Assembly (NCBI RefSeq): GCF_963921235.1
Contig: NC_086125.1
Span: 28,582,001 to 28,646,000 of the forward strand
DNA from: Mobula hypostoma
Lineage: Eukaryota
DNA: 64,000 nt
Reading direction: 5' to 3'
This document shows positions 23,915-37,045 of the stretch, one piece after another. How positions within the stretch are numbered: position 1 is the stretch's first letter; each line of letters begins with the position of its first letter. The notes beneath the pieces are model-generated. The model saw nothing but the letters and a program-made list of their open reading frames with translations. It searched no databases and was not told where the DNA came from. Position numbers and translations under genes: made by a program.

Positions 23915-25312
23915 TGATTTTTGGTTTATTATTCTCTCATGTACCAAGATACAGATAAAAGCTTGTCTTGCACACTATTCATACAGATCAACTCATTTCA
24001 CAGTGCATTGAGCTAGAATAAGGCAAAACAATAACTATGCAGAATGAAGTGTAAAAGCTGCTGATAAAGTGTATCAGTGTAGATAAACAATAAAGTGCAA
24101 GATCATAGCGAGGTAGATTGTGAGGCCAAGAGCCAACGTATTGTACAATAGTTCCGTTCAAGAGTCTGATAGCACTGGGCTAGAAGCAGTCTTTGAGACA
24201 CACAGTATATCTTTTCAGGTATTTGTATTTTCTGCCTGATGGAAGGGGAGAGAAGACAGAATGTTTGTTGTGGTGGGGTCTTTGATTATTCGGGCTGCTT
24301 TACTGAGTGAGAAGTATAGACAGAATCCTTGGATGGGAAGCTGTTTCCAATGCTGTGCTGAGCTGTGAAGAGTAGTTACCATATCAAGCCATTATTCTTC
24401 CAGACAAAATGCTTTCTATGCTGCATTGATAAAAATTGGTAAGAATCGATAGGAATATGCTGAAGTTGTTTAGCCTCCTGAGGAAGTAGAAGCATTGGTG
24501 GTACTGACCGTTGTCTTATGTTGGAGCCATGGTTGTACGAGTTCTGTTGGATCAGATTAACATCTCCTTATGACCAAACAGGTCAATGCTCAGGACTTCA
24601 CAAATAAATGCAGGTGGGGCTGGGAGAGAGCTCTCTAGATGGGTGACCCTTAGCAGTTAGTTAGCTCATATCCTCTTACTCCCTCATCACCACTCTCTAT
24701 CAAAATTACAAGGAATGCTTGGTTTATAACAGCACAATGTTCAAAGTAAATTTATTATCCAAGTACATATATATCACCCTATACAAACTTGAGATACATT
24801 TTCTTGTGGGCATCTTCAGTAAATCCAAGAATTATAATTGAACCAATGAAAGTCTGCACTGAACAGGATGGATAAACAACCAAAGTGAAAAAGATAATAA
24901 ACTGCAAATGCAAATAATTAATTAATTAATTAATTACTATGCAATAAGTATTGAGAACATGAAATGAAGAGTTCTTGAAAGTGAGTTCATAGATTGTGGG
25001 AACAGTTCAGTGATGGGATGAGTGAAGCTGAGTGAAATTATCTCCTCTGGTTCAAGTGCCCGATAATTGTTCCTGAACCTGGTGGTGTGGGTCCTGATAA
25101 CATCAATATGAAGAGAGTATGGCCAGGGTAGTGGGGGTTTCTGATGATGGATGCTGCCTTCCTGCAGCAACACTCGGTGTGCTCAATGGCGAAGAGGGCT
25201 TTACCTGTGATAGACTAAGCCATATCCATTACTTTTTGTAGGGTTTTCCATTCAAGGGTTGGTGCTTCCATACCAGACCATAATGCAACCAGTCATTTGT
25301 ACTCTCCACCAC
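23915..25312 (-). mobile_element. Two Rex1-like LINE 3' fragments (~23915-24500 and ~24738-25312)
   Basis: gttcaaagtaaatttatt tail; ...gatggatgctgccttcctgc... body. Confidence 0.65.
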
Positions 25313-26329
25313 AAGAAGTAAAAGAATTTAGCATTTGACATTTTAAACATGATTAATTTTAACTGAGGAATTTACATAATCTTTTTAACAAATGTTTAAG
25401 GAACGATGCAAGGAAGTTCCGCACAGGCAGCAAACCAACCATGAATGGGGGTAGCAGGTGTGAGGGGCCAAATGACCATCCTCTTTCTTTGATATCTTAC
25501 GTTCTATTAAACCTGACATAATCTGTGATTGTGACAGAGAGTCAAGAGAGGCTGTGAACTAATTGCCAAATCACCTAATCATCCATCCAAGAAGATCTCT
25601 CCCATTGTTTACTGTTGAAATTCCTCTCTGTCCTCATGGTCCAGTGGGATGTTAAATGACAGGAAAAAGTGTGGAATATTGGATATTCTGTCCGGAATTC
25701 AGCCGTCAACCAATAATATTAAAGGTTGATAAACTGGTCAATCGTTGGTGTGGATCTCTCACTGCTTGCTCAAGCCAAATGATTTTGGCCAAATGACACA
25801 ACTCTGATCAATGGTTTGTAGGTACTTCAATGGGACACCAGACTTGGAGACTGAAGTATTCTCCTGCCCTTGCCCTGTTGACCTGACAAGGGAAAGCTCA
25901 CTTCAAACAAACAGAGAGCTGGTGCTGGTGCACTCTGGGAAAGAGAAATGGTGACAGTTCTGTGTTGTTCTGTCAAGCATTGAGGCATGCTATATTAGTA
26001 CCAAAATATGTGGCAACAGTTGCAGGCTACCCCTGCACATTCTCGGACCATCTTGGGTGTTAACACAAGTGACAGATTTCACTGTAGGTTTCATTGTACA
26101 TGCGATAAATAAATCTTCATCTAAATACGAAGGGTGATAGCAGGAAAGGATCTACAAATCTACATTTTTGCTGTCAAGAATGTTTCCAGGGTCAAGTTCA
26201 AAAATATAACATCTGTCCACAATAAGTCAACCAAAACATGAATTATCCTTTCTGCTTTATTCCCATGGCCCCACAGATTGAGTGGGGACACCCCACTAAC
26301 AAGGAGGTGCACTGTGTGAGGAAGGAAAT

Positions 26330-26812
26330 GTTTATAGATGTACAGCGGAGAGCATTCTGACTTGTATTGCTGTCTGATATGGAGGGGTCACTGCAGAGGA
26401 TTGTAAAAAGCTATAAACTCAGCCAGCTCCATCATGGGCACTAGCCTCCTGACCATTGAGGACACCTTCAAAAGTGATGGCACAAGAAGACAGCATCCAT
26501 CATGAAGGACCCTTTCCACTCTGGACGTGCCCTTTTCTTATTACTACTATCAGAAAGGAGGTACAGGAGTCTAAAGACACACACTGAACATTTCAGGAGC
26601 AGCTTCTTCCTCTCCGCCATCAGATTTCTGAATGGTTCATGAACTTATGATCACTACTTCACTATTCTGCTCTCTTCTGACACGACTTATCTATTTTACA
26701 TATATATCTATTGCAATTGATAATGCATCTTATGTATTGCTCTGTACTCCTGCTGCAAAACAACAGATTTCATGCCATTTGTCAGTGATAATGAATCTGA
26801 TTCTGATTCTGA
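26330..26812 (+). mobile_element. Rex1-like LINE 3' end
   Basis: gagagcattctgac...catccatcatgaaggacc...ctgattctgattctga tail. Confidence 0.75.
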
Positions 26813-27719
26813 GGGTGTTGTTGGTGGACTGGGGGGGATGATAGATGGTCGGCTGATGGCCCTAGCAGGAAGTCAAGGATTTAGCCACAAACAGCCTGCT
26901 GGATGATCTCCTTGGGTCAAGCAGCATCGCTGGGAGGGAAGGGAATGGTTGATGTTACAGTGCAAGACCGTTCATCAGGGCAGAACTATCAACCATTCCT
27001 TTCCCCGCACAGACTCTGATCCAGCCACTAAGTTCCTTCGCCGTTGCTGCACATTCCAGTAACTTACTGTCCGACATGTACATCGAAACGTACAGTGAAA
27101 TGCACCCAGTTGAGTCAATGACCCACGCAGCCCGAAGATGTGCTGGGGCAGTCTGCAAGAGTCACCACGTTTCTGTCGCTAACACAGAATTACCTACCTT
27201 AACCTTTGGAACGTGGGAGGAAACCCACACGGTCAAGAGGAGATTACCTGTCCCTACCGTGAGCTGCAGGAATTGAACCCTGATCGCTGGCATTGTAAAG
27301 GGTTGCATTTGACACTACTACGCCGTGCCCGACGATGTGAGAGAAGTCTGTAGGACCTGGCGACTCGGTGAGTGATGTATGTAACACTGCCCGTGATGTT
27401 ACATACCATCAGACACAACCTGGCAGGCTATCGGTTACAGGATCAGTATTGCTGAGGCAGTGATACCTGATCCCAAAAAACGTTCAGATCCCAACCCGGC
27501 AACCGAGGAATTAAATTCAGTGAATCAAGTAAGATGAGTGATTAGACTGTGATTTCATTACGCAGTGGCTGGTCTCAGGGAGGGAGTGTTGCTACCTGCT
27601 CGTCAGATATTTACACTGCTTATTCCCAGTGTGTTAAGCAGCACAAGGGTGGGGTTTTACCAGTGTTGTCCATGCCTACAATGCTGGAGATATGTGTGAT
27701 ACTGTGGGTTATGCTGGGA

Positions 27720-28140
27720 GATGTGAACAATAGTTTGGCACAGTACAAGCCCTTCAGCCATGATGTTTAACCTACTCTAAGATCACTCTGACCCTTCCCT
27801 CCAACATAGCTCTCAATTTTTCTATAATTCAGATGCTTATCTAAGAGATTTTTAAATGACCCTAATGGATCTGCTTCTACCACCACTCCTGGCAGGGCTT
27901 CCACCCACTCTCCGTTCTCTGTGTCAAGAACTTGCATCTGCCATCCCCCCTGCCCCCGCATACCTTCCTCCCAACACGTTAAAATTATGCCCCCGTGTAT
28001 TAGCCATTTTCACTCTGGGAAAACGCCTCTGGATATCCACTCAGTCTATGCCTCTTTTCATCTTGTACACCTTGATCAAGTCACCTCCCATCCTCCTTCT
28101 TTCCAGAGAGAAAAGCTCGAGCTCCCTCAACCTCTTGGAG
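27720..28140 (-). mobile_element. CR1 3' fragment
   Basis: Reverse-complement CR1 C-terminus and 3' UTR. Confidence 0.75.
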
Positions 28141-28379
28141 ATGTTCAGTGGGAGGAACCGTCACCAAGTAGCAGCTCACTCAGGGGAGAGAGATGGACGA
28201 ACAGGGGCTCTGTATTGTGTAGCTTTAGGAGGAAGGCAAGGGGTCAACTTTCTGCCGCAGAACTCACCCAGAAACAAATGGCATTTCCTCATGAAAATCC
28301 AATCCGAGCGGTCCTGGCATTGTTACACTGAGCGATTAGTCCAGTTCCCGGAGATGGTTTAATACAGTGTTCGTACCCC

Positions 28380-28740
28380 ATCTGAGGCAGTCACACATTG
28401 ACTGCGAGGCTTAGATCTGTGTTGTGTAGCACATGTGCCCAGTATAAACAGCTCTTATCACATGGACCAGCTGTGAAAGTAAACAAATACCAGGCAGGTT
28501 CGAGCTGCACAGTCGCTACGGCTTTAATTATCGCATCTTTACAGCCAGTGTTTATAGCCTGATACAAAATCAGAGAACATTAAAGATAAGTGTTTCTTTT
28601 TCATTGGGTTCCCGGCTTTATCATGTTTGAGGGAAAAAAAGACCACTGCTTCAATACAAGGCCAATGATACTCAATCCCTGTTGCCTTTCAAAAACATAA
28701 AGACAACAGCTCACTAAATTGAAATTAAGGGTTCCTATCA
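28380..28740. promoter_or_regulatory. Candidate enhancer with a GATA/FOX/E-box cluster
   Basis: cttatc, gataag, tttatc, gtaaacaaa, tgtttat, cacatg x2 and cagctg within ~250 bp of unique sequence. Confidence 0.35.
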
Positions 28741-29039
28741 GTTGAGGAAGAGAATCTGGCTGGGTGGGTGTTAATTCGGATTAGTCGATCACTTGTTTCT
28801 CCCTCACCCATCCCCTCCCCAAGTTAACAGTGAACCAGTAACCAATTCCCCGGCCCCTTCCGTCCCTTCCACCCCGTCCCAAATCCACCCAGGTTGGCAG
28901 TTTGATGGATTTATATCACTGGGATCAGAGGGATGGAACGGTGTGGTCTTTACTCTTTACTAATCTGTCCATACCTCCCACAGGGTCCGTACATCCCTAA
29001 GGGCTCCTACCTTCCCAAAGATCATAACCGTTTCTACAG

Positions 29040-29610
29040 ATACATTATAGGAAGGATGTGGAAGCTTTAGAGAGAATACAGAAGTGATTTACCAAGATGC
29101 TGCCTGGATTAAAGAGCATATCAGAAGAAGAGAGGTTGAGTGAATTAGGGCACTTCTCTCTGGGGCAAAGGAAGATAAGAGGTGACTTACTGTACATGAG
29201 TCATCGTCAGAGTTGACAGCTAGAGACTTTTTCCAAGGACATGAATGGCTTATACAAGAAGGCATGATTTTAGAGTGTTTGGAGTAAAATATAGGTGGAA
29301 TATCAGTGGTAAGTTTTTTGCACAGAGTGGTGGGTGCGTGGAACACGATGCGAGGGGTGGTGGTAGAGTGAAATACATTAGGGACATTTAAGAGACTCCT
29401 AGATAGGCACATGGATGAAAATGGAGGTCTAAGTAAGAGGGTTTGAGAGGGATAATAAATCAGCCATGTATGAATGGTGGAGCACACATGATCCTCTCCT
29501 TCATTCCGCTCCTTCATCCTATGGTCTCACGGGCAGTAGATTAAAAGGTCAGCACACGTCATGGGCTAAAGGGCCTGTGCTGTGCTGTAATCTTCGAAGT
29601 TCTATGTTCA
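29040..29610 (+). mobile_element. CR1 3' fragment
   Basis: ggaaggatgtggaagctttagagag...gggcctgtgctgtgctgta...ttctatgttc. Confidence 0.75.
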
Positions 29611-30619
29611 TCATCTCAGTTTCCCTCTCCACAGTTGCTGACTGACTCAATGAATATTTCCAGCATTGTCTGGTTCCTTCCAGGTTTCCAGCATCTATAG
29701 TATTTCAAAGATTCCCATCTTTATTTTCAAGGAATAAGAACTGATTCACAGACCAAACAAGGTCTGAAGAACGCAGTGAAGGTTCTTGCTGGGATACACC
29801 AGCAGTGGGTCTCTCCATCCTGTGGAGGAACTTGATATGGTGAGGGGAGGGGATTACTTCCAGAGCTCCAAGGTAGCTGTGGTAGCTGGAAGTATGGGGT
29901 GGCAGACATACCTGGAGGAGCCAGTTAGTGCACAGATCTAGTATCAAGCACTGGTGATAGCAGAGAGCAATTACTCATTCAATGTCAGCATGTCACAATT
30001 TATTGTGAACTTCAGGAAGAAAAAACCAGGAGAAAACACGTGGGCCCTCACTGAGGCATCAGTGGTGGGAAGGGTGCACCATTAAGGACCTCAAGAATAC
30101 ATCATTCAGGATCCTCACCAGCTGGACCATGCCCTCTTCATGTTACTGCCATCGGAGAGGAAGTACAGAAGCCTGAAGACATACTCTCAAAGTTTCAGGA
30201 ACACCTTCTTCCCCTCCCACCATCCGTGAATGCTGCCTCATTAGCCATCTTTTTCCATGTTTATTTTGTAACTTAGAGCAATTTTTCCTTGCAACAAAAC
30301 GACAAGTTTCATGACATACGTATGTCATAACAAACCTAATTCTGACTCTGAGAGCATGTGCTGTTCTGTATTATGTTCTAACTCCCTGTGCCAGAGACAT
30401 GTTAAAATGGCTTCTTCCACTTCAGCATCAGATTTCTGAACAGCCATGAACCCGTGAACACTATTCCACTATTTTCTCTCTTTTTGCACTCATTTATTTT
30501 TCTGATATATACAGTAGATATTTCTTCCTGTAACTTACGGTATAGTTTATGCATCGCACTGTATTGCTGACACAAAACAACAAAATTCATGATATATGTC
30601 AGTATAAATAAACCCAAAT

Positions 30620-30805
30620 AACACACAAATGCCGCAGGAACTCAGCAGGTCAGGCAGTATCTGTGGAAAGGATCCGATGAAGGATCTCAGCTCAAGATGT
30701 TGACTCTTTATTCCTTTCCATAGGTGCTATCTGTTCTGCTGAGTTCCTCCAGCATTTTGTGTACTTTGCTTTGAATTTTCAGCATCTGCAGAATTTCTAG
30801 TGTTA
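30620..30805. mobile_element. Inverted pair of PLE pLTR fragments within a Rex1-like tail
   Basis: Short minus arm, then long plus arm starting at a decayed core ccgatgaagg; aataaacc repeated on both sides. Confidence 0.75.
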
Positions 30806-30884
30806 ATAATAATAAACCTGATTGTGATTCTGAATTTACTTGACGGAAATTAATGTGCTCAATAAAGTAGCATTTCTAACCCCG

Positions 30885-31240
30885 CTTGAGACACTTGGCT
30901 TAGCATGTATACATAGAGTGCGCGAGGGTGCAGCCGCTGTTTGAGTATCTGAAGGGGCTACTCCTCGAGTTCTGGCTGCACTTCAGCCCAATGCTCCTGG
31001 TCTACAGTTGCCCAGTACTGAGGGGAGGGAGGTGCAGGTTGCTTGGGGGAATCTCCTGGTAGGCTTGCTCCTGGGACTGGCCGAGATGGCCATTCACAGA
31101 TCCATGCAGCAGGCTCTGCCTGCCCCTCTTCCAGGGTTATGCTTCTGCCCAGGTGTCCTTGGAGAGGGAGCGTACGATCACTATGGGTAGAGTGAGGGAC
31201 TTTGAGAACAGTGGGCCCTCAAGGGAACTAAGCATTATGT
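30885..31240 (+). mobile_element. Tx1/L1-clade LINE C-terminal remnant
   Basis: Translates HVYIECARVQPLFEYLKGLLLEFWLHFSP...LLVGLLLGLAEMAIHRS, the post-CCHC region typical of Tx1 ORF2. Confidence 0.75.
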
Positions 31241-31734
31241 AGATAGTAGCAACCAAAGTTCAAAGTACATTTACATATTATCAAAGAATGTATACGTTAT
31301 ACAATCTTGAGATTCATTTTCTTACAGACAACCAATAAAAGCAAGCAAACACCATTCAGAACTGAAGTTTCATGAAAGACAGGAAGCCAGGCACCAGTGC
31401 AGCTGAAGCATGCCACAGCCTCAGTACAACACACAGCCGAGTAAAAGGCACGGAGAAGCAATGTATTTTAATTTGAAATCATTAACCGTATTGCAACACT
31501 GGACCTTTGTTTGTATTTTGTATTTGAATATGTTGTATTTGTACATTTGCTAAAAGCAAGGCACTTGGCTCCAAAAATCATCACAGGTGTTGGCCATTCA
31601 TTCCAAGGTTGAGTATATATTGAAGAAGGAGGAGTGGGAACGACACACCACTTCTCCCCATATCCCCAAGTCACTGACATCAGGAAACCAGGGAAACTCT
31701 GTCAGCCATAGTATTGTTCCCCATCTTTTAGAAA

Positions 31735-32050
31735 TAAGACCATAAGACATAGTAGCAGAATTAGGCCATTTAGTCTCCTCTCCCATTCCATCATGGCTGA
31801 TTTATTTTCTCTCTCAACCCCATTTGTCTGCCTTCTCCTTGCAACTTTCATCGGCCTTAATAATCAAGAACATATCGACCTCCACTCTAAATATACCCAA
31901 TGAGTTGGCCTCCACAGCCATCTGAGGCAATGAATTCCACAGGCTCACCACCCACAGGCAAAAGAAGTTCCTCCACATCTCCGTTCTAATGGCATGTCCT
32001 TGTATTCTGAAGCTGTTCTCCCAGGTTCTAGACTCCCCACGTGAGGAGAA
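31735..32050 (-). mobile_element. CR1 family A 3' end
   Basis: ataagaccataagacata tail; RNFFCLWVVSLWNSLPQ. Confidence 0.85.
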
Positions 32051-32104
32051 ATCTCTCACTGTTACATACACAAACGCGGCAACTGCTTTACAAGCAGCAA
32101 GGTA

Positions 32105-32410
32105 TGAAAAATGATGAGTGATTAGTGTAACACTATACGGTGCCAGAAATCCGGGATCAGTTCCCACTGCTGTCTGTAAGGAGCCTGTACGTTCTCCCTA
32201 TGACCGCGTGGGTTTCCTCCGGGCGCTCTGGTTTCCACCCTTATTCCAAAAGTGTACAGGTTAGCGTTGGTAAGTTGTGGCGCGAAAGTGTGGCAACACT
32301 TGCAGGCCGCCCTCAGCATATGTTCAGACTGTGTTGGTTGTTAACACATTCCACTCAATGTTTCAATGTATGGTACACATGACAAGTAAAGCAAATCCAA
32401 ATTTACATTA
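32105..32410 (+). mobile_element. tRNA-derived SINE
   Basis: ggatcagttccc B-box-like; gtaaggagcctgtacgttctccc body. Confidence 0.75.
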
Positions 32411-32496
32411 ACTAATTCAATCTAAACTTGTGACATGATTTTCTTATGTCAGTAGACAGGGACATTTCTCAAGACCACATGTGACAGAAGAGAATA

Positions 32497-32677
32497 AACA
32501 CAAGAGACTCAGCAGATACTGAAAATACAGAGAAAAACACACAAAATACTGGAGGTCCTAATGAATGACGTAAAGAAGTCCTGTTGAAGGATCTCAGCCA
32601 GTAGCATTAACTATTTATTCCCCTTCATAGCTGCTGCCTGACCAGTTGAGTTCCTCCAGCATTTTGCACGTGTTGCA
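32497..32677. mobile_element. Inverted pair of PLE pLTR fragments
   Basis: Long minus arm aaacacaagagactcagcag..., then short plus arm agtcctgttgaagg...gtgttgc. Confidence 0.75.
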
Positions 32678-33265
32678 GCTCTGAAAGAAGATACCTCATA
32701 CGGTGCATTTTGCCTTCTGCATTGCACTAGTGTGATTTGTAACCACAACTCATCAGGAGTCTACTTCCCTGAGATACAGGTGAGGTGTCTCACAGGTCAG
32801 AGAAGAAACCTCAGTGAGATCAATTTACCTCAGCGGACTCAGGTTACACTTAAGAAAGACAGTCCTGTATCTCGTCATTTGAATGTTGCAATAACAGGCA
32901 GGCACCAAACTGGGTTCAAAAAGGCAAGCAAAATGGTCTATTGTTAAGACAGTAATGACACTTGTAGTATCTAGGGAGCACTCGGCAGGGATCGAGCTGA
33001 CGAGATTATGGGTTACGTGACACCACGGGGATTATTTCACTGTAGATTGATCATTTGAGAGTGACAGGGACTGCACCTGCCCAGTCAGACTTCCTCCACA
33101 GCTCCCACAAAACAATGCGATGGGGCAAACAGTGGGCTGGCTTTGTCCCACCCTCCCCAACAGATCAAATCTTATAATGTACTATGCTGCAAAAAGCTAA
33201 TACTTGTGGCATTTATATCCTGTGGTATGTCTTATAACAACAATCAACTTGAATTTGAAGTTGAA

Positions 33266-33552
33266 CCTTCCCTCTTTCTCTTACCTCTCTCACCTTTCCA
33301 TCCCCTCTCTCTCTCATCTACTGTCTTCATATCTGTTCCTCTCCTTCACTTTCTCACACTCTCTTTCTCTCTCATTCTACCCCCCATTCTCTCTCTCTTT
33401 CATCCACTCTCTGTCTTCGTCTCTCTCTTATCTATTTCTCTTTCCCTCCTTCTCTCTCTCCCCAACTCTCTTTCTTTCTCACCCAGTCTCTCCCTCCTCC
33501 TCTCTCTCACCTATTCCCTTTCTCTCTCATTCTTTTTTCCCCTCACTCACAC
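33266..33552 (+). repeat. Polypyrimidine (CT-rich) low-complexity tract
   Basis: Direct reading. Confidence 0.9.
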
Positions 33553-33672
33553 ACTGAGTGGTGTCACACTGAATGACCACTTCTTCTCAAGGGTATGCAC
33601 AGTGTCAGTAAGAAGGCAAAGGTCAGGTTAGAGGCTCGGAGAGATTTAGTGCTGTATACTTAATGCAACTCA

Positions 33673-33995
33673 CCATAAGACCATAAGACATAGCTATTCA
33701 GTCCATTGAGTCTGCTCTACCAGTCAATCATGGCTGATTTATTATCCCACTCAACCCCATTCTCCTGCCTTTCCCCCAAAACCTTTGGTTTAGAACCTAT
33801 CAACTTCTGTTCTAAATATATCCAATAACTTGGACTCCACAGCTGCCTATGGCAAACAATTTCACTGATTCACCTCCCTCCGGCTATCTGTTTTACAGAG
33901 ACATCCCTCTATTCTCAGGCTGTGCCCTCTGCTCCTAGACTCTCCCACTATAGGAAACATCCTCTCCAATTCCACTCTAGCTCAGCCTTCCAATA
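33673..33995 (-). mobile_element. CR1 family A 3' end
   Basis: ccataagaccataagacata tail. Confidence 0.8.
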
Positions 33996-34140
33996 TTCCG
34001 TATTGAAATACATTGAAAAATACATGGCCTGATCTTGACCTTAACATTGAAAAGTACATGCCCTGCTTCTTGACCTTGACATTGCCCACAGAATCTCAAC
34101 TGTGCAACTGACCATATCCAATGTCCACATCCATCAACCC

Positions 34141-35030
34141 AAAAGACAAGAAGTTTCGCAGATGCTGGAAATCCAAAGCAACACAAACAAAGTGCTGGAG
34201 AGATTCAGCAGGTCAGGCAGCATCCAAACAGCCAATGTTTTGGGCTGGAAAGGAAATGGGAAGAGACCATAATAAAAAGCTGGGATGAGGGGTAAGAGGA
34301 TAGCTAGAAAGTGATAAGTGAAACCAGGCGAGTGGGAAAGGTAAAGGGCTGGAGAGGAAGGAACCTGACAGGAGAGGAGACTGGACCATAGCAGACAAGG
34401 TAGGAGGAGGGGACCCAAGGTGAGGTGATAGGTAAGTGAGAAGTGGCAAGAGGCCAGAGTGGGGAATAGAAGAAGAGGGAAGAGGGAGAATTTTTTTTGC
34501 CAGAAGAAGAAATTGAAGATTGGCGGATGAAGTGCTGTCTCACCTGGAAGGGCTGCCTGGGGCCCTGAATGGATGTGAGTGGCCAGGTGTAGCAGTTCGG
34601 CTGCTTGCAGGGAAAAGTGCCGAGACGGAGATTAGTGGAGAGGAATGAACAGACAAGGGAATCACGAATGGCGCGATCCCTGCGGAAAGCAAAGGGTTGG
34701 GGGATGTAAAGGTGTGTTTGGATCCCTTTGGAGATGGCAGAAGTTGCAAAAATGATGTGTTTGATGCGGAACCTCATGGGGTAATAAGTAAGGACAAGAG
34801 GAACTCTATCACTGTTAGGACAGCAGGAACTGGGATTAGCACAGAGGTCCCACTCGCCTGGTTTCACCTATCACCCTCCAGCTATCCTTCTTCCCCTCTC
34901 CCCACCTCTTTATTCTGGCATCTTCCCCTTCCTCTCCAGTCCTGAAGAAGGGTCTTGGCCCAAATTGTGAACCGTTTATTCATTTCCATGGATGCTGCCT
35001 GACCTGATTTGCTCCAGTATTTTGTGTGTG
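34141..35030 (-). mobile_element. Penelope-like element remnant (minus, to ~34846) with an inverted plus-strand pLTR (~34847-35030)
   Basis: DRVPLVLTYYP...GTFPCKQPNCYT..IQGPRQPFQVRQHF (PLE linker before GIY-YIG); flanks tgtccacatc(catc)aacc and tgtccacatcaacc. Confidence 0.85.
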
Positions 35031-35194
35031 TCCACATCAACCTCCCGGTGGCCTCCCACCTTAGAACATTCGTAAATCAACATAGTGCTGGGGGCAGCCC
35101 GCAAGTGTTGCCATGCTCTGGCGCCAACGTAGCATGCCCACAAATTACTAACCCTTACCCATACGTCTTGGGAGGAAACCAGAGCATCTGGAGG

Positions 35195-35334
35195 AAACCC
35201 ACGTAGTCATAAGAATACATGTAAACCTGCATAGTCACGGGAATGCATGTAAACCCGTGTAGTCACAGGAATGCATGCAAACCCGTGTAGTCACAGGAAT
35301 GCATGTAAATCCGCGTAGTCACGGGAATGCATGC
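35195..35334. repeat. 5 x 28-bp tandem repeat inside a minus-strand SINE (~35083-35410)
   Basis: Unit aaacccgtgtagtcacaggaatgcatgc. Confidence 0.9.
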
Positions 35335-36179
35335 AAACTCCCTAAAGACCTCAGCAGGAATTAAACCCCAATCGCGCACTGTGAAGTGTTATGCTAATCC
35401 ACCTCGCTGCCATCCCACCACTTTATGTGTATTTCTCTGGACTTCCTGCATCTGCAGATTCTCTTGTATGAATGAACCTCCATATCTTTTGCATCCAAGT
35501 AATCCGGAAGGTTAAATCTGACACTCAGTGACGGGGAGGGCTTTGCTGGCGATAGACTGGTTCATGGGAACAGAGCCAAGGAAAGCCCATCTGATCTGGG
35601 ATCAACTCAGTTTGGGTCTTTGATTTCCTGGAGCTCAATTTCAAAATTATGAGTTTTTGCATGGTTAGAGTCACGTCTAACAAATAGAGGGTATAAATCT
35701 CAATTGTTGGCTACCTGTAACCATGACCTAACCACGAGGAACATGAAGAAGGAGGGATTTATCTGGATTTGAATCCAAAGACTTTGGAAAGTTCAGGGAG
35801 AGTAACACTACAAATCGAGCTATCAGTTCTGCTATCTGGGTGGTACTTTGTCATTTGAGGACAGAATAGCATTCGTTTTATATAACAGCTGACAACGTAT
35901 ATGTATAGAATGATGGATAGGTCGGACTGTGTAACAAGGATCTCTCACAGCTGTGAGGCCTGAGATAGCAACATCAAGTGTGAAGCAGCCACTGCTTTTA
36001 TCTTCTAAATAACTCTTCATTCAGTCAAAATACAAACCAAAGGTGGTTTCATATTAAAGGGGGCAGAAGACTATCATTCCACAATGCCACTAATCACTAA
36101 AGTAACAATTAGCTTTCTGCTAACCTCAGGATATACTTAATGGCAACAATTAGAGCAGAGAGCCCCAGAGGGATGAGCT

Positions 36180-36565
36180 GAGATGCACACTACCCATTCC
36201 AGTACAATTCATCACATGAAGGGCCTGGCATTTCATATGAGGGGCATCAATGGGTTAAATACAAGCAGGCTTTTTTCCACTGAGGTTGGGTGAGACTAGA
36301 ACTAGAAGTCATAGGTTAAGGGTGAACGGTGAAATGCTTCATGGGAATGTGAGGGGGAGCTTCTTCACTCAGAGGATGGTGGAGTGTGGAATGAGCTACT
36401 AACAGGAATGCTGGAAGTGGATTTCATTTCAACGTTTCAGAGAAATTTATGGATGGGACGGGTATGGTCCAGTTGCAGGACACTGGGACTAGGCAGATTA
36501 ATAGTTCGGCACAGACTAGATGGGCCGACAGGTACTGTTTCTGTCCTGTAGTACTCAATGACTAT
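36180..36565 (+). mobile_element. CR1 family B 3' end
   Basis: ttttccactgaggttgggtgagactagaac... matches 4395-4720. Confidence 0.8.
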
Positions 36566-36704
36566 AACACTAAGTTTCATATTTGTTTTTTTTTTGACAT
36601 TTGCAGATGTTTACTCAGTTACTATTATGGGAAAAGTATCAGAACTTCTGATTACGTATTTAAAAGATGAGGCAAGATCGCCCACAACTAATTAAACATA
36701 ATGG

Positions 36705-37045
36705 CAAAACACGGTAGCAGAGCAGCACAGCAGGGAAAGCTGCTGCCTCACAATGCCAGAGGCTCAAGTTCAATCGCAACCTCCACCAGTGCGTGAAGTT
36801 TGCACATTCTTCCCGCGACCACGTGGGCTCTCCACCCCCCCATCCTTCCTGCGCACTCGCCTCTGATTATCTCCAACTCTCAACATAGTAATTTGCTCCT
36901 AGAGTGTAGATGAGTGGTCAAATCCTAAGGAGGTGTTGATAAGACAGTGGAAAGCACAGGATTAAAGAAGAATTTGTGGTTAACGATTGGCATACACTTG
37001 GTGGGCAGAAAGGCCTGTTCTGTACTGCCATCTCTCTACAGCCTC
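36705..37045 (+). mobile_element. tRNA-derived SINE
   Basis: cacggtagcagagcag head, agttcaatc B-box-like, CR1-like 3' end. Confidence 0.65.

Noticed and set aside
33143-33631. Hydrophobic 162-aa ORF resembling a membrane protein
   Set aside because: Translation of a CT-rich low-complexity tract.
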